Source of the DNA: Chiloscyllium plagiosum
Taxonomy: Eukaryota
Assembly (NCBI RefSeq): GCF_004010195.1
Contig: NC_057711.1
Span: 78,866,456 to 78,930,455, forward strand
Length of the DNA: 64,000 nucleotides
Direction: 5' to 3'
The translations under genes and the position numbers were made by a program. The notes below the pieces were generated by a model that did not search any database, had not been told where the DNA came from, and saw only the letters and a program-made list of their open reading frames with translations. Shown here piece by piece: positions 1 to 14,026 of this stretch (position 1 is the stretch's first letter; every line of letters starts with the position of its first letter).

Positions 1-856
1 CCAAGGGTACTGGTGCCCCTCAGGTTCAGGTGTAGACCATCCTGTTTATAAAGGTCCCACCTTCCCCAGAAAGAACCCTAGTTATCCAAATACCGGAATC
101 CCTCCCTCCTGCACCATCCCTGTAGCCACGCATTTAACTGTTCTCTCCCTATTCCTTGACTCTCTATCACGTGGCACGGGTAACAAACCAGAGACAACAA
201 CTCTGTTCGTTCTAACTCTGAGCTTCCAACCTAGCTCCCTGAAAGCCTGCCTATCATCCTCAGCCATCCTCCTACCTATGTCATTGGTGCCAATGTGAAC
301 CACGACTTCGTGCTGCTCCCCCTCCCCCTTAAGGACCCGGAAAACACGATCAGAGACATCACATACCCTTGCACCTGGGAGGCAACATACCAAATGTGAG
401 TCTCTCTCGCCCCCACAAAACCGCCTATCTGTGCCCCGAACTATCGTGTCCCCAATTACTATTGCTCTGCTCTTCTCCACCCTTCCCTTCTGAGCAACGG
501 GGACAAGCTCCGTGCCAGAGGCCTGAGCCCCATTGCTTACCCCTGGTAAGTCCCCCCCCCCAACAAGTATCCAAAACGGTATACTTGTTCTTGAGGGGAA
601 CGGCCTTAGGGGGTCCCTGCACTGGCTGCTTCCTCCCAGTCCCCCTCACTGTCACCCATCTGTCTGGAATCTTTGGAGTTACTACTTCCCTAAAGCTCCG
701 ATCTATGACCCCCTCTGCCTCCCGAATGATCCTAAGTTCATCCAACTCCAGCTCCAGTTCCCTAACACGGTCTTGGAGGAGCTGGAGATGGGTGCACTTC
801 CTGCAAGTGTAATCAGCAGGGACGTCCATGGCATCCCTCACCTCAAACATGTTCAA
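1..856 (-). mobile_element. CR1-clade LINE ORF1 fragment (CxxC/coiled-coil N-terminus plus SGNH esterase domain), frameshifted; continues off the left edge
   Basis: ORF 425..856 has YTCRKC followed by LQDRVRELELELDEL. ORF 82..480 has IVIGDT, VCCLPGARV and VVHIGTNDIG, matching esterase-type CR1 ORF1. Confidence 0.9.
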
Positions 857-1080
857 ACTTTGTAACTCTCCAGTGCCCGAACTGAGCCTTCACACCTCAT
901 CTTTACATAAGCCTCCTACTTCCTCTTGACAAGAGATTCAATTTCTTTTATAAACCATGGTTCCCTTGCTCGATCACTTCCTCCCTGCCTGATAGGTACA
1001 TACTTATCAAGGACATGCAGTAGCCGTACCTTGAACTAGCTCCACATTTCAACTGTGCCCATCCTCTGCAGTTTCCTTCC
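857..1080 (-). mobile_element. Older CR1 ORF2 fragment (EN-RT linker); downstream half of an element split by the + strand CR1
   Basis: Minus strand translates GRKLQRMGTVEMWS*FKVRLLHVLDKYVPIRQGGSDRAREPWFIKEIESLVKRK* and joins to 2687-2985. Confidence 0.8.
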
Positions 1081-2686
1081 CAGAGGAAAAATGAGGTACG
1101 AAGGTAAACTGGCCAAGAATATTAAGGAGGATAGTAAAAGCTTTTTTAGGTATGTGCAAGGCAAAATAATGGTTAGGACAAAAATTGGGCCCTTGAAGAC
1201 AGAAACAGGGGAATATATTACTAGGAACAAAGAAATGGCAGAGGAATTAAATGGGTACTTCAGATCTGTGTTCACTTGGGAAGACACAAGCAATCTCCCT
1301 GAGGTAACAGTGGCTGAAGGACCTGAACTTAAGGGAATTTATATTTGCCAGGATTTGGTGTTGGAGAGGCTGTTAGGTCTGAAGGTTGATAAGTCCCCGG
1401 GGCCTGATGGTCTACATCCCAGGGTACTGAAGGAGGTGGCTCAGGAAATCGTGGATGCGTTGGTGATTATTTTCCAGAATTCAATAGATTCGGGGTCGGT
1501 TCCTGAGGATTGCAGGGTGGCTAATGTTATACCACTTTTTAAGAAAGATGGGCGAGAGAAAGCAGGAAATTATAGACCAGTTAGTCTGACCACAGTGGTG
1601 GGAAAGATGCTGGAGTCTATTATAAAGGATGAAATTACGGCACATCTGGAGAGNNNNNNNNNNNNNNNNNNNNNNNNNNNNNNNNNNNNNNNNNNNNNNN
1701 NNNNNNNNNNNNNNNNNNNNNNNNNNNNNNNNNNNNNNNNNNNNNNNNNNNNNNNNNNNNNNNNNNNNNNNNNNNNNNNNNNNNNNNNNNNNGTGATGAG
1801 GATGTTAGGAGATTGCAGGGTGACCTGGACAAGTTAGGTGAGTGGGCAGGTGCATGGCAGATGCAGTTTAATGTGGATAAATGTATGGTTATCCACTTTG
1901 GTAGCAAGAACAGGAAGGCAGACTACTACCTCAATGGAATCGATTTATGTAAAGGGGCAGTACAGAGAGATCTGGGTGTTCTTGTACACCAGTCAATGGA
2001 GGCAAGCATGCAGGTACAGCAGGTAGTGAAGAAGGCTAATAGCATGCTGGCCTTCATCGCAAGAGGAATTGAGTATAGAAGCAAAGACGTGCTTCTGCAG
2101 CTGTACATGGCCCTGGTGAGACCACACCTGGAGTACTGTGTGCGGTTCTGGTCTCCAAATTTGAGAAAAGACATTCTGGCTATTGAGGGAGTGCAGCGTA
2201 GGTTCACGAGGTCAATTCCTGGAATGGCAGGATTACCTTACACTGAAAGACTGAAGCGATTGGGCTTGTATACCCTTGAGTTTCGTAGATTGAGAGGGGA
2301 TCTGATTGAGACATAAGATTATTAAAGGATTGGACACTCTAGAGGCAGGAAACATGTTTCCGCTGATGGGTGAGTGCTGAACCAGAGGACACAGCTTAAA
2401 AATACAGGGTAGACCATTTAGGACAGAGCTCAGGAGAAACCTCTTCACCCAGAGAGTGGTGGCTGTGTGGATTGCTCTGCCCCAGAGGGCAGTGGAGGCC
2501 CACTCTCTGGATTCATTTAAGAAGGAGTTGGATAGAGCTCTCAAAGATAGTGGAATCAAGGGTTATGGAGATAAGGCAGGTACAGGATACTGATTACGAA
2601 TGATCAGCCATGATTATATTGAATGACGGTGCAGGCTCGAAGGGCTGAATGGCCTACTCCTGCACCTATTGTCTATTGTCTATTGT
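1081..2686 (+). mobile_element. Relatively young 5'-truncated CR1 LINE (ORF2 RT region, 3' UTR, (CTATTGT)3 tail)
   Basis: Motifs KSPGPDGLHPRVLKE, NYRPVSLT, WQMQFNVDKC and LVRPHLEYCVRFWSP; tandem 7-mer tail at 2666-2686. Confidence 0.95.
1654..1792. other. Assembly gap (139 N) inside the CR1 RT
   Basis: Run of n. Confidence 1.
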
Positions 2687-2985
2687 CATTCTATATATCC
2701 TAAATCTTGCCTAATCACATCATAATTGCCTTTCCCCCAGCTATAAGTTTTGCCCTGTGATAGAGACCTATTCCTTTCCATCGCTAAAGTAAATGTAACT
2801 GAATTATGATCACTATCACCAAATGCTCACCTGCCTCCAAATCTAACACCTTGCTTGGTTTATTACCCAGTACCAAATCTAATGTGGTCTCACCTCTTGT
2901 TGGGCATATTTATATACTGTGTCAGGAACCCTCCTGCACACATTGGACAAAAACTGACCCATCTAAAGTATTGGAGTTGCTGTCA
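2687..2985 (-). mobile_element. Older CR1 ORF2 fragment (endonuclease C-terminus); upstream half of the split element
   Basis: Minus strand gives DGSVFVQCVQEG...PTRGETTLDLVLGNKP, typical of the CR1 APE end. Confidence 0.8.
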
Positions 2986-3244
2986 GGCTGATGGCTTTCG
3001 ATATCCTTTACTGGTTGTACAAACCAACCAGCTGTAAGTCAAATTTCACTCTGCATACATTTTCTTCTCACTGCTTGAACAAAACAGCACTGTCAACATC
3101 TCACACAATGAATTTCAGTATTCTGTTTTTAAGAGTGCAGCTATGCCTTCCATAGCCCCTAATGTTTCTATTTTCGTCCATAATGAACAAAACAGAAAGG
3201 TGACTAATATAGTAAATTATCCTCCAGATATGTGGTCTCATCAG

Positions 3245-4660
3245 TATCATAGAACAGTTCAGCACAGGAACAAGCCCTTCAGCCTTCAGCTCACCATGTC
3301 TGCACTGACCATGATGCCATTCTAAACTAAACCCATCTGCTTACATATGGTTCATATCCCTCTATTTCTTGCCTGTTCATGTGTAACATTGCTAATATCT
3401 CTGCCACTAGTACCTTGCCTGCCTGTGTATTTCAGGCACCTATCACCCTCTGTGGGAAAGCTTTCCTCGTACGTCATCTTTATAACATGTCTTGTATGAC
3501 TAAAGCATACCGTCCCTGCTTTTGTATTAATAAATGATAATGTTCTATTAGCTTTCCTAGTTGTTGTCGTATTTGCGTATGAAGCTCTTGCAATTCATAC
3601 ACACGCCACGCAGCCCTCTGCATCTCAGATGTCTGCAATCTCTCACCATTTAGATAATATGCTTCCTTCTATTTGTCCTGCCAAATGGACAATTTCACGT
3701 TTTTCTATATTATGTTCATTTGCCAGGTGTTTGCCCTCTCTCTTATCTATGTATTTTTGTAGCCTCTGCATTCCTCCTTCACAACTTAATTTTTGACCTA
3801 TCTTTGTGTCATCAACAAATTTGGCAACCAAACCATTAATCCCTTCATCCAAGTGATTTATATACGTTGCGAACAGTTGAGATCTTGTGAAATAAAACTT
3901 GTTAAATTTTGGTAACTAGAAAAGAATCACAAGGCCAGAACACTAAAGAGTAGAATGTTGTGATTTGGTCTATCAAGTCTGCTTCATCGTTCAATGAGAT
4001 CATGGCTGATCTGATAATCCTCAAATGCACTTTCCTCTCTTTTCTCATACCTTTGCTTCCCTTACTGATTAAAAATCTGTCTATCTCAGCATTGATTATT
4101 CTTAATGACACAACAACAACAGCCCTCTGTGGTAAAGATTCCATAGATTCTTACCCTTTGAAAGAAGAAATTCCTCCTCAACTCTGTCTTAAACGGCCGA
4201 CCTCTTCTTCTGGGATTATGCCCTCTACTCCTAAACTCTGCCAGTACTCATTTAACACCAAACCAATGTCCTCCAGCTCCACGTGCAGTTTGAACACCTG
4301 TTCCTTAATAGGGCCCTACTCTTTCCCTGGTCATCCTCTTCCTCTTGATATGCTTACTTTTTTATGACCACCCACTACATGTACTTTCTGTACTGCACTA
4401 AGGCCTCCATTGAGTTGTTACCTTTGTACCTGTTAAAAACCTTTTCCTTTTTATCTAGTGCTAAATATTTCTAGACCTCCACAATTCTCTGGGCTTGTTG
4501 CTCCTACATTTCCCCCTCAAGGGAACCTGTTGGGCCTGTACTCGCATTGATTACATTTTGAATGTCCCACACTGTTCTGCTGCAGATATACAGAGAAGTA
4601 GCTGATCCCAGTCTACTTTGACCAGAATCTGTCACGTCAGGTTTCATTCTCCAGAATTAA
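3245..4660 (-). mobile_element. Cluster of degenerate CR1 fragments (two 3' ends, RT piece, ORF2 linker piece)
   Basis: DEGINGLVAKFVDDTKIG (3643..3852) and 3' UTR-like segments near 3245-3480 and 3920-4240. Confidence 0.7.
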
Positions 4661-6221
4661 GTTCAGCCTGAGTGTTTAATTTTGAGGCAGTGCTATAAGG
4701 TCTATCACTTTCATGAAGTCCAGTTCTTGTATTCTGTACAGTCTTTCTCTGACCTTGAATCTTTGTAACTTTGCAATCTTTTCAATTCCTTCCCAATGTG
4801 CTGGTTAATTTTATTCTTGTAAATGTATTTTAAATCTGTACTATTTCATATTGCTTTAAGTCTGCTGTTAGTTAAGCTCATATTCACCATTGTCCTTTTA
4901 AAGTAAGTGGCTGCAGACCCAGCTGGATGCAATACATTCACAATGTTACCGATTTTCCTTTATTTGCCCATATGTTTTACTTTGTACTTCTACAACCGAA
5001 TTCTTCAGTAAACTATTTTGGTTTTGCCTTTAGCCATCATGAGTTTGCTATTTTGCTGCTGTCATGACTACTACTGTTTCTCTGTCAGTAATTTTGTTTC
5101 AGTTGTTGACTGACTGAGTCTTCTTTACGGGCTAATGCTCTTAAAGTTGTTGAAGATTGCTTGTTTCTGTTTCCTTTTGGCTCCTCTAGATTTCTTCTTT
5201 TTGTGGTCAGGAGCAGACTAATACTACTGTAACCATGTGGTATTTTCCCAGCTAACCATTCTTGGTACCTTGTGTTATTTACATGCAGTAATGGGAAATG
5301 CATGTTTGAGGTATTTTGCTGCCATCTATACTTCTTTGTCTTTGTTTTCTCATCGCCGTGTCTCATGATTATTGGGAAAGGACACACCACCATGGAATAC
5401 CAGTAAAGGAAGCATTGATCGTAGGTAACAAGATTACATGATTGCAATAACTAGCATGATAGTACAACTATATTTGATCAGGCATAATTCCAACAATCTT
5501 AGGGAGCTGCTGTACATACATTTGCTGTCTCCAAAACCTGGTGGAGAACTGTGAGGGCGATCCATAGATGAGTGGAATCTATGTATGAACATTAACCTTT
5601 TAGGAACAAAAGCCTTATGCAGCAATGGCAGAGCCCAAAACATAGAAAAAAAATCACTTGGAATTCCCTCTGACAGCATAAAATAAATGATTTCTATGGC
5701 TGAGAAGAAACTGTGGCCAGAAAACCAAGAGACGTTCAATCAAATTTGACAAGTACAAAAGAATGAAGAAAACTATGCTAGTATTTACCAATATTTCATT
5801 GAAAGAAGAACAAAAATCCAGTGAGTTAGCCGAGAATACAAATCTTCAGCACAGAAGCATTTCATGATTTGCTTATTAATTTATGACAGTAGGTTAGTTA
5901 TTCCAGGTTCTGTCCAGGAAAGTGCATTGGAAAGGATACATTGGATGTACTTAGACTTTGCCAGATGTGCAGCCAAACCTCATTAGAACTGGAGGGGACA
6001 ACTATCTCCAAAGAGTTTGAATTTACCAGATCTCATTAATCTACAGTTGTCAAGACTGGAAAACATTCCTGAACTCCCTGAAGAGAAAACTCAGCAACTC
6101 AGTTGCAATTCAGTTTGCAAGAAGAAGCCAATACTGAGAACAAGAATGAGCAATAAAACCCACTTGAGCTCATTCAGGAATCTTAAATTGATATTATTCA
6201 GTTGGAAGGACAGGGTGGTAA

Positions 6222-7363
6222 ACATATTTGATAAGATTCCCCATGCCAGGCTATTGCACAAAATACGGAGGTATGGGATTGAGGGTGATTTAGTGGTTTG
6301 GATTAGAAATTGGCTAGCTGACAGAAGACAGAGGGTGGTGGTTGATGGGAGATGTTCATCCTGGAATTCAGTTACTAATGGGGTACCACAAGGATCTGTT
6401 TTGGGCTACTTCTGTTTGTTATTTTTATAAAGACCTGGATGAGGGCATAGAAATTTAATAAATTTAGGGTTAGTAAATTTGCAGATGATGTTAGGGTCGG
6501 TGGAGTTGTGGATAATTCCAAAGGATGTTACAGGTTACAGAGGGACAGAGATAAACTGCAGAGCTGGGCTGAGAAGTGGCAAATGGAGTTTAATGCGGAA
6601 AAGTGTGAGGTAATTCACTTTGGAAGGATCAACAGGAATACTGGAGTACTGGACTAATGGTAAGATTCTTGGTAGTGTAGATGAGCAAAGAAGTCTTAGT
6701 GCCCATGTGCATAGATCCCTGAAAGTTGCCACCCAGGTTGATAGGGTTGTTAAGAAGGCATATGGTGTGTTGACTTTCATTGGCAGAGGGATTGAGTTTC
6801 AGAGCCATGAGGTCAAGTTACAGCTGTGCAAAACTCTGGTGTGGCCACACTTGGAGTATTGCATACAGTTCTGGTCATCACATTATTGGAAGGATGTAGA
6901 AGCTTTAGGAGATTTGTTAGGATGTTACCTGATATGGAGGGAAGGTCTTCTGAGAAAAGGCTGAGGGAATTAAGGCTGTTATAGTTAGACAGAGGAGGAT
7001 TGAGAGGTGACTTAATTGTGACATTTCAGTTAATTAGAGGGTTGGATAGGGTGGACAGTGAGAGCCTTTTTCCTCGGATGGTGATGGCCAGCACGAGGGG
7101 ACATAGCTTCAAACTGAGGAGTGATAGATATAGGACAGATGTCAGAGATAGTTTCTTTACTCAGGGAGTAGTAGGGGCGTGGAATGCCCTGCCTACAACA
7201 GTAGTCGACCTGCCAACTTTAAGGGCATTTAAATGGTCTTTGGATAAACAGATGGATGAAAATGGAATAGTTTAGTTTGGATTGGCATCAGATTGGTTTC
7301 ACAGGTCAACACAACATCGAGGGCTGAAGGGCCTGTACTGCACAGTAATGTTCTATGTTCTAT
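6222..7363 (+). mobile_element. 5'-truncated CR1/HER1-type LINE (RT to 3' tail), degenerate
   Basis: FDKIPHARLL, GVPQGSVLG, LVWPHLEYCIQFWS and a TTCTATG-type tail. Confidence 0.92.
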
Positions 7364-9002
7364 ATTGTTGTGGTAGAATAGTCAAAACTAGTGACAACGA
7401 TAATGCTGAGCAGCAGCAAACCTCCAGTAACATGACTTACACAGCAGTTTTATTAGTTTTACACATGTACCCTACATAATCAGAAACTTGAGGGAGATGA
7501 ACACCAAACAATTCCATGAGAACCAGAATCAAGATCAGGAAGAAGCAAATTGCTTGGTTTAAGCACCCAATGTCTGCAAAAAAAGAGAATACCTTTTCCA
7601 ATTAGAAAAATATTTCCATGTCCAGAATTCCTGGATACTGTGAAAGTCCTTGTTTTAACAAACTAGCAAGTCCTTTTAAGAAGGACATTCATGAGTTTAA
7701 AGGTCCCACACATGATATACTGGCAACTATCTAAGTCAGCAGAGGAGAATTCATTTGCAAAGGAAATTCAGGAGATTAGGGGTAATCTACAAATTGAAAT
7801 GCACTGCTGGCAAGGTCTCCAAGGATATTTCCTCCACAAAGGCTATCCAAGAGAGATAAGATCTTTCAATGGAGAAATGATCCATAGATCAGAACTAAGG
7901 TAAACAGATCTCAAGCAGAAGATCTATTTTCCCAAATCTGAAGAGAAAGTGTTCTGGTTAAGTTGTGAAATATCTAGACTCTTTGCATTTGTGAAGTTGG
8001 AAATGTAGGAGAAGTGTTAGTGATAACGTTAATATGGTTATATACATGATTGTATAATGAGTAAACTGTGGGGAAAGAAAGCTTGGATTGTGTAAAGTAT
8101 TGGTTCTGAAAGGTTTAAAATGAAGCTGCATTGGCTTTACCCAATCTGATAATACCTAAATGGCATTCAATATTGTCTCTCTCTCTTTATAGACACATAT
8201 GGAAAGATATATTCCATAGTCAGTTATAATTTTCCTTACCTCAGAATATTCTTTAAATATTTTATGTCAGGTCAATAATACTAAGAATATTATATGGCAT
8301 CAGTTCTTCCTGCAGCATGTTGATGATCATACTCCTCACGAGTTAAGGTATCTTCTGCAAGGGTTGTTTATCATATCTAGTTGTGATGTAAATGGCTCAT
8401 AGACCCTTATTTCTTGGTAAAACCAGATTGTATTTCTTCTCCTTGCACTGCCTTTAGCTTCTGGTTTTGTTCCACCTCTCTGGCCCCCGTGCCCCTTTGA
8501 TGTGACTGTATGAAGGTGCAATCTCCAGTTTTCATCACATTAACTTTTGCCTGGCACAGTTACCGACTTCCCACCTGGGTGCTTAATCATCAGAGGCAAA
8601 ATTATTTGCCTTTCCTAGGCAATAGGCTCCATCCTCAAAACCCCCTTTGGTTCAGCCTGTATTTAATTTTCTTTCAGGTCTCTGATGCTTGGATAAAAAA
8701 TTTAAATGTTTCATAAAGGTACCTGAGCTCTCTAAATGGGTACCTGACCTCTCCAAAGCACTCTGGCAGGTTTTGCTTTGAAGGTGAAAAGGCCACACAT
8801 TGTATTCTAGAATTTCTTCCAATGAGTATTGCTTCTAAGTAAATGGAGCTGCACTATTAAATGTTGCCTTCAGAAAGCACACATATGCAAACACTGCTCT
8901 GCTTCCACTTCCCTCCTGGTCTAAAAATGGTATGTGTGAGATTTCTGTGTTTGGGGTTCTGCTTCAGGTCTGTGATTTTACATTTATCTTTGTCTAATGC
9001 CA

Positions 9003-12000
9003 ATAGAGTTATAGAGTCGTTGAGTTATATAGCACAGAAATAGATCGTTTGGTCCAACAAGTCCATGCCGAACATAATTCCAAACTAAACTAGTCCCGCC
9101 TGCCTGCTTCTGGCGCATATCCCCCCTAAACCTCTCCGATTCATGTATCTATCCAAATGTTTTTTAAAAATTGTAATTATACCCATAGCCACCACTTTCT
9201 CAGTAAGTTCATTCCACACAAGAACTACCCTCCATGTGAAAATATCGCCCCTCATTCATTTGTTAAATCTCTCTCCTCTTACATCAAATATTTACCCCCA
9301 AGCATTGAAATCCCCCATCCTAGGGAAAAGACAACTACCATCAACTCTATCTATACCTCTCATTATTTTATGAACTTCTACCAGATCGCCTCTCAACCAC
9401 CTATGTTCCAGTGAAAAAAGTCCCAGCCTATCTAGCCTTTCTTTATAACTTAAACATTTCAAACCTGGCAACATCCTGGTAAATATCTTCTGAACCCTCT
9501 CCAGCTTGATAATATTCTTCCTATAAATCGGTGACCAGAACTGGACACATATTCCAGAATATCCTACACAACCTCAGTATGACTTTTCAACTCCTATACT
9601 CAAAGGACTGAGCAATGAAGGCAAGCGTGCCAAATGCTTTTCTAACCACCTTGTCTATATGTGACGCAAACTTCAAAGGATTATATATCTGCAACCCTAG
9701 GTCCCTCTGTTCTACAACACTACCCAAAGGCTCTACCATTAATTGTGTAAGCCCTATCCTTGTTTGTTGTACCAAAATGCAATAACTCACATTATCCAGA
9801 TTGAACTCCAACTGCAATTTTTCAGCCCAATGACCCATTTGATCAAAATCCTTTTGTATTCTTAGAAAACCTTCTTCACTATCTACAATGCCGCCAATTT
9901 GGGTGTTGTCCGCAAACTTACGAACTATGCCTTCTATATTTTCAGCCAAATCATTTACAGAAATGACAAACAAAAGAGGACCCAGATCCGATCCCTGTGG
10001 AACATTTCTGGTCACAGGCCTCCAGTCTGAAATGTCTCCTGCCATTAACCCAATATGTATCCAACTCACAAGCTCACCTTGAATCCCATGTGACCTAACT
10101 TTACTAATTAGTCTACCATGCGGAATCTTGTTAAATCCAAATAAACAATGTTTGCTGCTCTGTCCTCGTCAGCCTTTTTAGTAGCTTCCTCAAAACACTC
10201 AACCAAGTTTGTGAGACACGATTTTCCTCACACAAAACCATGCTGATTGTCCTTCATCAATTTTTGCCTCTCTAATTTCTATCTTTTATAATCAGCTCCA
10301 ACAATTTACCCAGAACCAAAGTCAGGCTCACAGGTCTATAGTTCTTAAACAAAGGTACCATATTAGCCACCCTTCAGTCATCGGGCACCTCACCCATACT
10401 AATAGATGATGTAAGTATTTCTGCAAAGTGCCTCATAATTTTCTGTCTTACTTCCCACAACATTCTGGGATACATTAAATAAGGTCCCAGAGATTTATCC
10501 ATGTTTATATTCTGTAAGACATTCCACACTTCTTCTTCTGTAATGTGAACGGTTTTTAAAACATCAAAGTTATTTCTTTGCGTTCTATCTACTCTATTTC
10601 TTTCTCACAGTAAAAACTGATGTGAAATATTCATTTAGTATCTTTTCCATCTCCTGGAGTTCAACATAAAGACAACCTCCTTGATCTTTAAGGGGCCCTA
10701 CTCTCTCTCTCTAATTACCCCCTTGTTCTTAATGTTTTTGTAGAATCTTTTTGGATTATACTTAACCTTATCTACTAAGGCTATCTCATATCCCCCCTTT
10801 GTCTTCCTGATTTCTCTCTTAAGAATGCCCTACACTCTTTATACTAACTAAGAGATTCAGTTGAACCAAGTTGTTGATATCTAGAATAAGATTCACTTTT
10901 ATTTTTGACTAGAACCTCAATATCTTTACTTATCCATTGTTCCTTAATCCTACCAGCCTTATCCTTCACTCTATCAGGAACAAAATGCTTCTGAAGTCTT
11001 GTCACCACTTCCCACTTGTCAGAAGTCTTTTTACCTGTGAACAGTCTACTCCAATCAATGTTTTGAATGTTCTCGTCTCATACCATTAAAATTTGCTGTA
11101 CTCCAATTAAAAGCTTTAACTTTTATGGAATGCTTATCTTTTTCCATAACCATTTTGAAACAAATAGAATTATGATTGCTAGACCCAAAGTGTTTAGCAA
11201 TTTTACTTCAGTTTTACTTCAGTTCCCTGCCCTGCCTTAGTGTCCCAAAGAAGGTCTAATTTTGCTCCTTTTTTCATAGGAGTATCCTATCCACATTTGT
11301 TATAAAAATAGGTTTTCTCGAATACATTTGACAAATCCTTTACCATCCAAATCTTTAACACTGTGGTAGCCCCAGTAAATATTTGGAAAATTAAAATCCC
11401 CCATTATTACAACCTTATTATGCCTACATATGTCTGAGATCTCCTTACATGTTTGTTTCTTAATTTCCCACTTGTCATTGAGTGGCATGGTGGCAAAGTG
11501 GTTAGCACTGCTGCCTCACAGCACCAGAGACCTGGGTTCAGTTCCTGCCTCAGGCAACTGTTTGTGTGGAGTTTGCACATTCTCCCTGTGTCTGTGTGGG
11601 TTTCCTCGGTTAGGTGAATTGGCCATGCTAAATTGCCTGTAGTGTTAGATGTAGGGGAATGGGTCTGGGTGGTTTGCTCTTTGGAGGGTCAGTGTGGGCT
11701 TGTTGGGCTGCAGGGCCTGTTTCCACACCGTAAGTAATCTAATCTAATTGGAAGGTCTATAGTAGAATCCCATCAAAGAGATCTTTCCTTTCATAATTGT
11801 AATTTCTACCCATATATTTTGACTGGATGATTTTTCAGAAATACCTTCCCTAGCTACAGCATTAATGTATTCCTTAATCAAAAACGCTGTCTCTCCCCTT
11901 CCTTTCTTGCCTCCTTTTCTATCCTTCCTATAGCATCTAAAATGCAGAACATTGAGTTGTCAGTTTTGTCTGTCTCAGCCAAGTTTCTGTAATAGCTATG

Positions 12001-12990
12001 ATGTCCCAATCCCGTGTTCATAAACATGTCCTGAGTTCATCAGCCTTACCTGTAAGACCTCTTGCATTGAAGTAAATGCAATTCAGTTCTTCAGAGTTAT
12101 TACATACTCTGAATCTCTCTTGTCTTTCTTTGCTAATTGACATGCTCTCCTCACATTCAGAATCTTCCTCATCAATCGTTCTAATTACAACTCTGCTTAG
12201 AATACCTTCACTCCCCCTCTCTATCAGTATAAGGTCTCCCTTAATGGAATGAGCAAATTTCCCTGCTAAGATATTAGTCTCAGTCCAGTTTAGGTTAGAT
12301 CCATCTTTTTTGAACAGGTCTCCTCTATCGCAAAAGACATTCCGATTGTCCAAAAACCTGAATTCCTGAACAACACACCAACTCATCAGTCTTTGCTTTA
12401 TTTACTTTAACCCTTTGTTCCTTCTCTCTTTTGAGTTTGGCATTGGGAGTAAACTGGAAATTACTACTTTTAAGGTTCTATTTTTTAATCTTTTACCTAA
12501 CATCTTAAATTCATTCTGTACTACTTTAATCTTTTCCCTGAAAGTGTCATTTCTATCAATGTGTGCAATAATTACTGCCTTCTCAATCTCACCTTTAACA
12601 ATATGCTTGAAACGTTTAGAGACATCCTTAATCGTAGCACCAGGAAAGCTACAAACCATCATAAATTTATGCTCATTGTCACAGAATTTCCTGTCTATGC
12701 TCCTGTTAGGAGAATCCCTGATAAGAATAATTCGATTAAATCTTGTCAAACGCAGCCTAACATAAGAGTCATTCCAAGTGTCCAATAAACGACTGTCCCC
12801 TTCCATTTTCCTCGGAGAGACTATCCCCTTCTACAGTTACAAAAACTGAATATCTATATGATAGAGGAATAGCCACTGGAGACTTTTGAACTATCTTCTT
12901 ACCTTTCCTGACAGTCACCCATCTCTCTGACTGATCCTATTAGTGTAATAACTTTTCTAAATCTACTAGCCATCTCACTCTGTATTTCAA
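9003..12990 (-). mobile_element. Near full-length decayed CR1 LINE (ORF1 esterase, APE endonuclease, RT, 3' tail), AT-rich, interrupted by an HE1 SINE
   Basis: In order on the minus strand: VCSFPGATIKDV (12402..12806), CIYFNARGLTGKADEL (12018..12386), VIMGDFNFPNI (11300..11488), VPQGSDLGPLLF/KFADNT (9587..10069), and a tail at about 9003. Confidence 0.9.
11481..11746 (+). mobile_element. HE1-type V-SINE (tRNA-derived), internally deleted, (AATCT)n tail
   Basis: A box TGGCAAAGTGG, B-box-like GGTTCAGTTCC, V-domain TGTGTGGAGTTTGCACATTCTCCC; ATTG flanks both sides. Confidence 0.92.
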
Positions 12991-14026
12991 ATATGCTCTT
13001 AACACTACTGAGCCTAAAAAAAGGATGTTTCAATAATACCTTATATATAAAATAAACTACCCCTCATTACTGACAGAAAATAATGTTAAAATGGAAAAAG
13101 CTAAAATATGCATATCAAACTTATGAAACTTAAATAAAATAAACCACTTACCTGATTAACGGAATAAAAAAAACGACTCTTCTTCAATAAATTCCTTGAA
13201 GAAAACAAGTTTTCCCCAGATACGACCATTTGTAGAACTCTCTGGAACAATAAGACAATTCCTTATTTTTAAAAAAATCCTTTGGTTTTTCAAAAAATAA
13301 ACAACCTTTTGCAATATAAATAAAACCTTCTAAAACACATACAGTCTTTTTTAACTTTTGAATTTAGAATAAATAAACCTAAACATTCACTAGAGACCCT
13401 GTAAGGTTCATTGAAGAAAAAAGTCAGTTTAATAAAAAGAAAATCACAATTGTTTTGTTTGTCTTTTTGAAGGCTAATGAAACAAAATGAATGAAGATCC
13501 TATATTAGTAAACTGTCATGACTGTAATAATTTTAAAAAAACTATAATAAATCTTTAACTAAGCCTGCAATCCCAGGAGCTGCTGCAAGATCCAAACTGC
13601 TTCTCTTGTCAGGAAAGGACTTGCTTCAAAATCAAGCCTTCATAGTTTGAGTAAATATTTCCACCTGACATTGGCAACCACCTACTGAAATCATACAGAA
13701 TTTAGAAACAAAAATACAATATAGATATCTTCACAGATGTTGCCAGATCTGCAGAGCTTTTCCTGCAATTTCCACTTTTGTTTCTGTTAAAGCAACTGTA
13801 GTTCTTTTGGTTTTCAGACAGAATTTAACTAGTTGACTCCCTGGCCTTCTGGTGGAAGATTGTGAGATAATTGGTGTCATGTTTGTTGATAATGAATAAG
13901 TTCAATACTTCCTAATCTGCCTCTGACAATTCCGGCTAGTTTATGCTAATGAAAGTTTCAGAAATTATATTCTGAAGGCCAGGAATTGGCAGTTCTTTAA
14001 AGGTTGATTTGTCCTGTTTGTCCTGG

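Noticed and set aside
5085..6200. ORFs 5085..5447 and 5434..5739, and a possible very old LINE endonuclease remnant
   Set aside because: No convincing motifs; cannot be assigned by eye.
11481..11560. tRNA-like A/B boxes here and in other SINE heads as tRNA genes
   Set aside because: They continue into V-domain bodies and LINE-type tails, so they are SINE heads.
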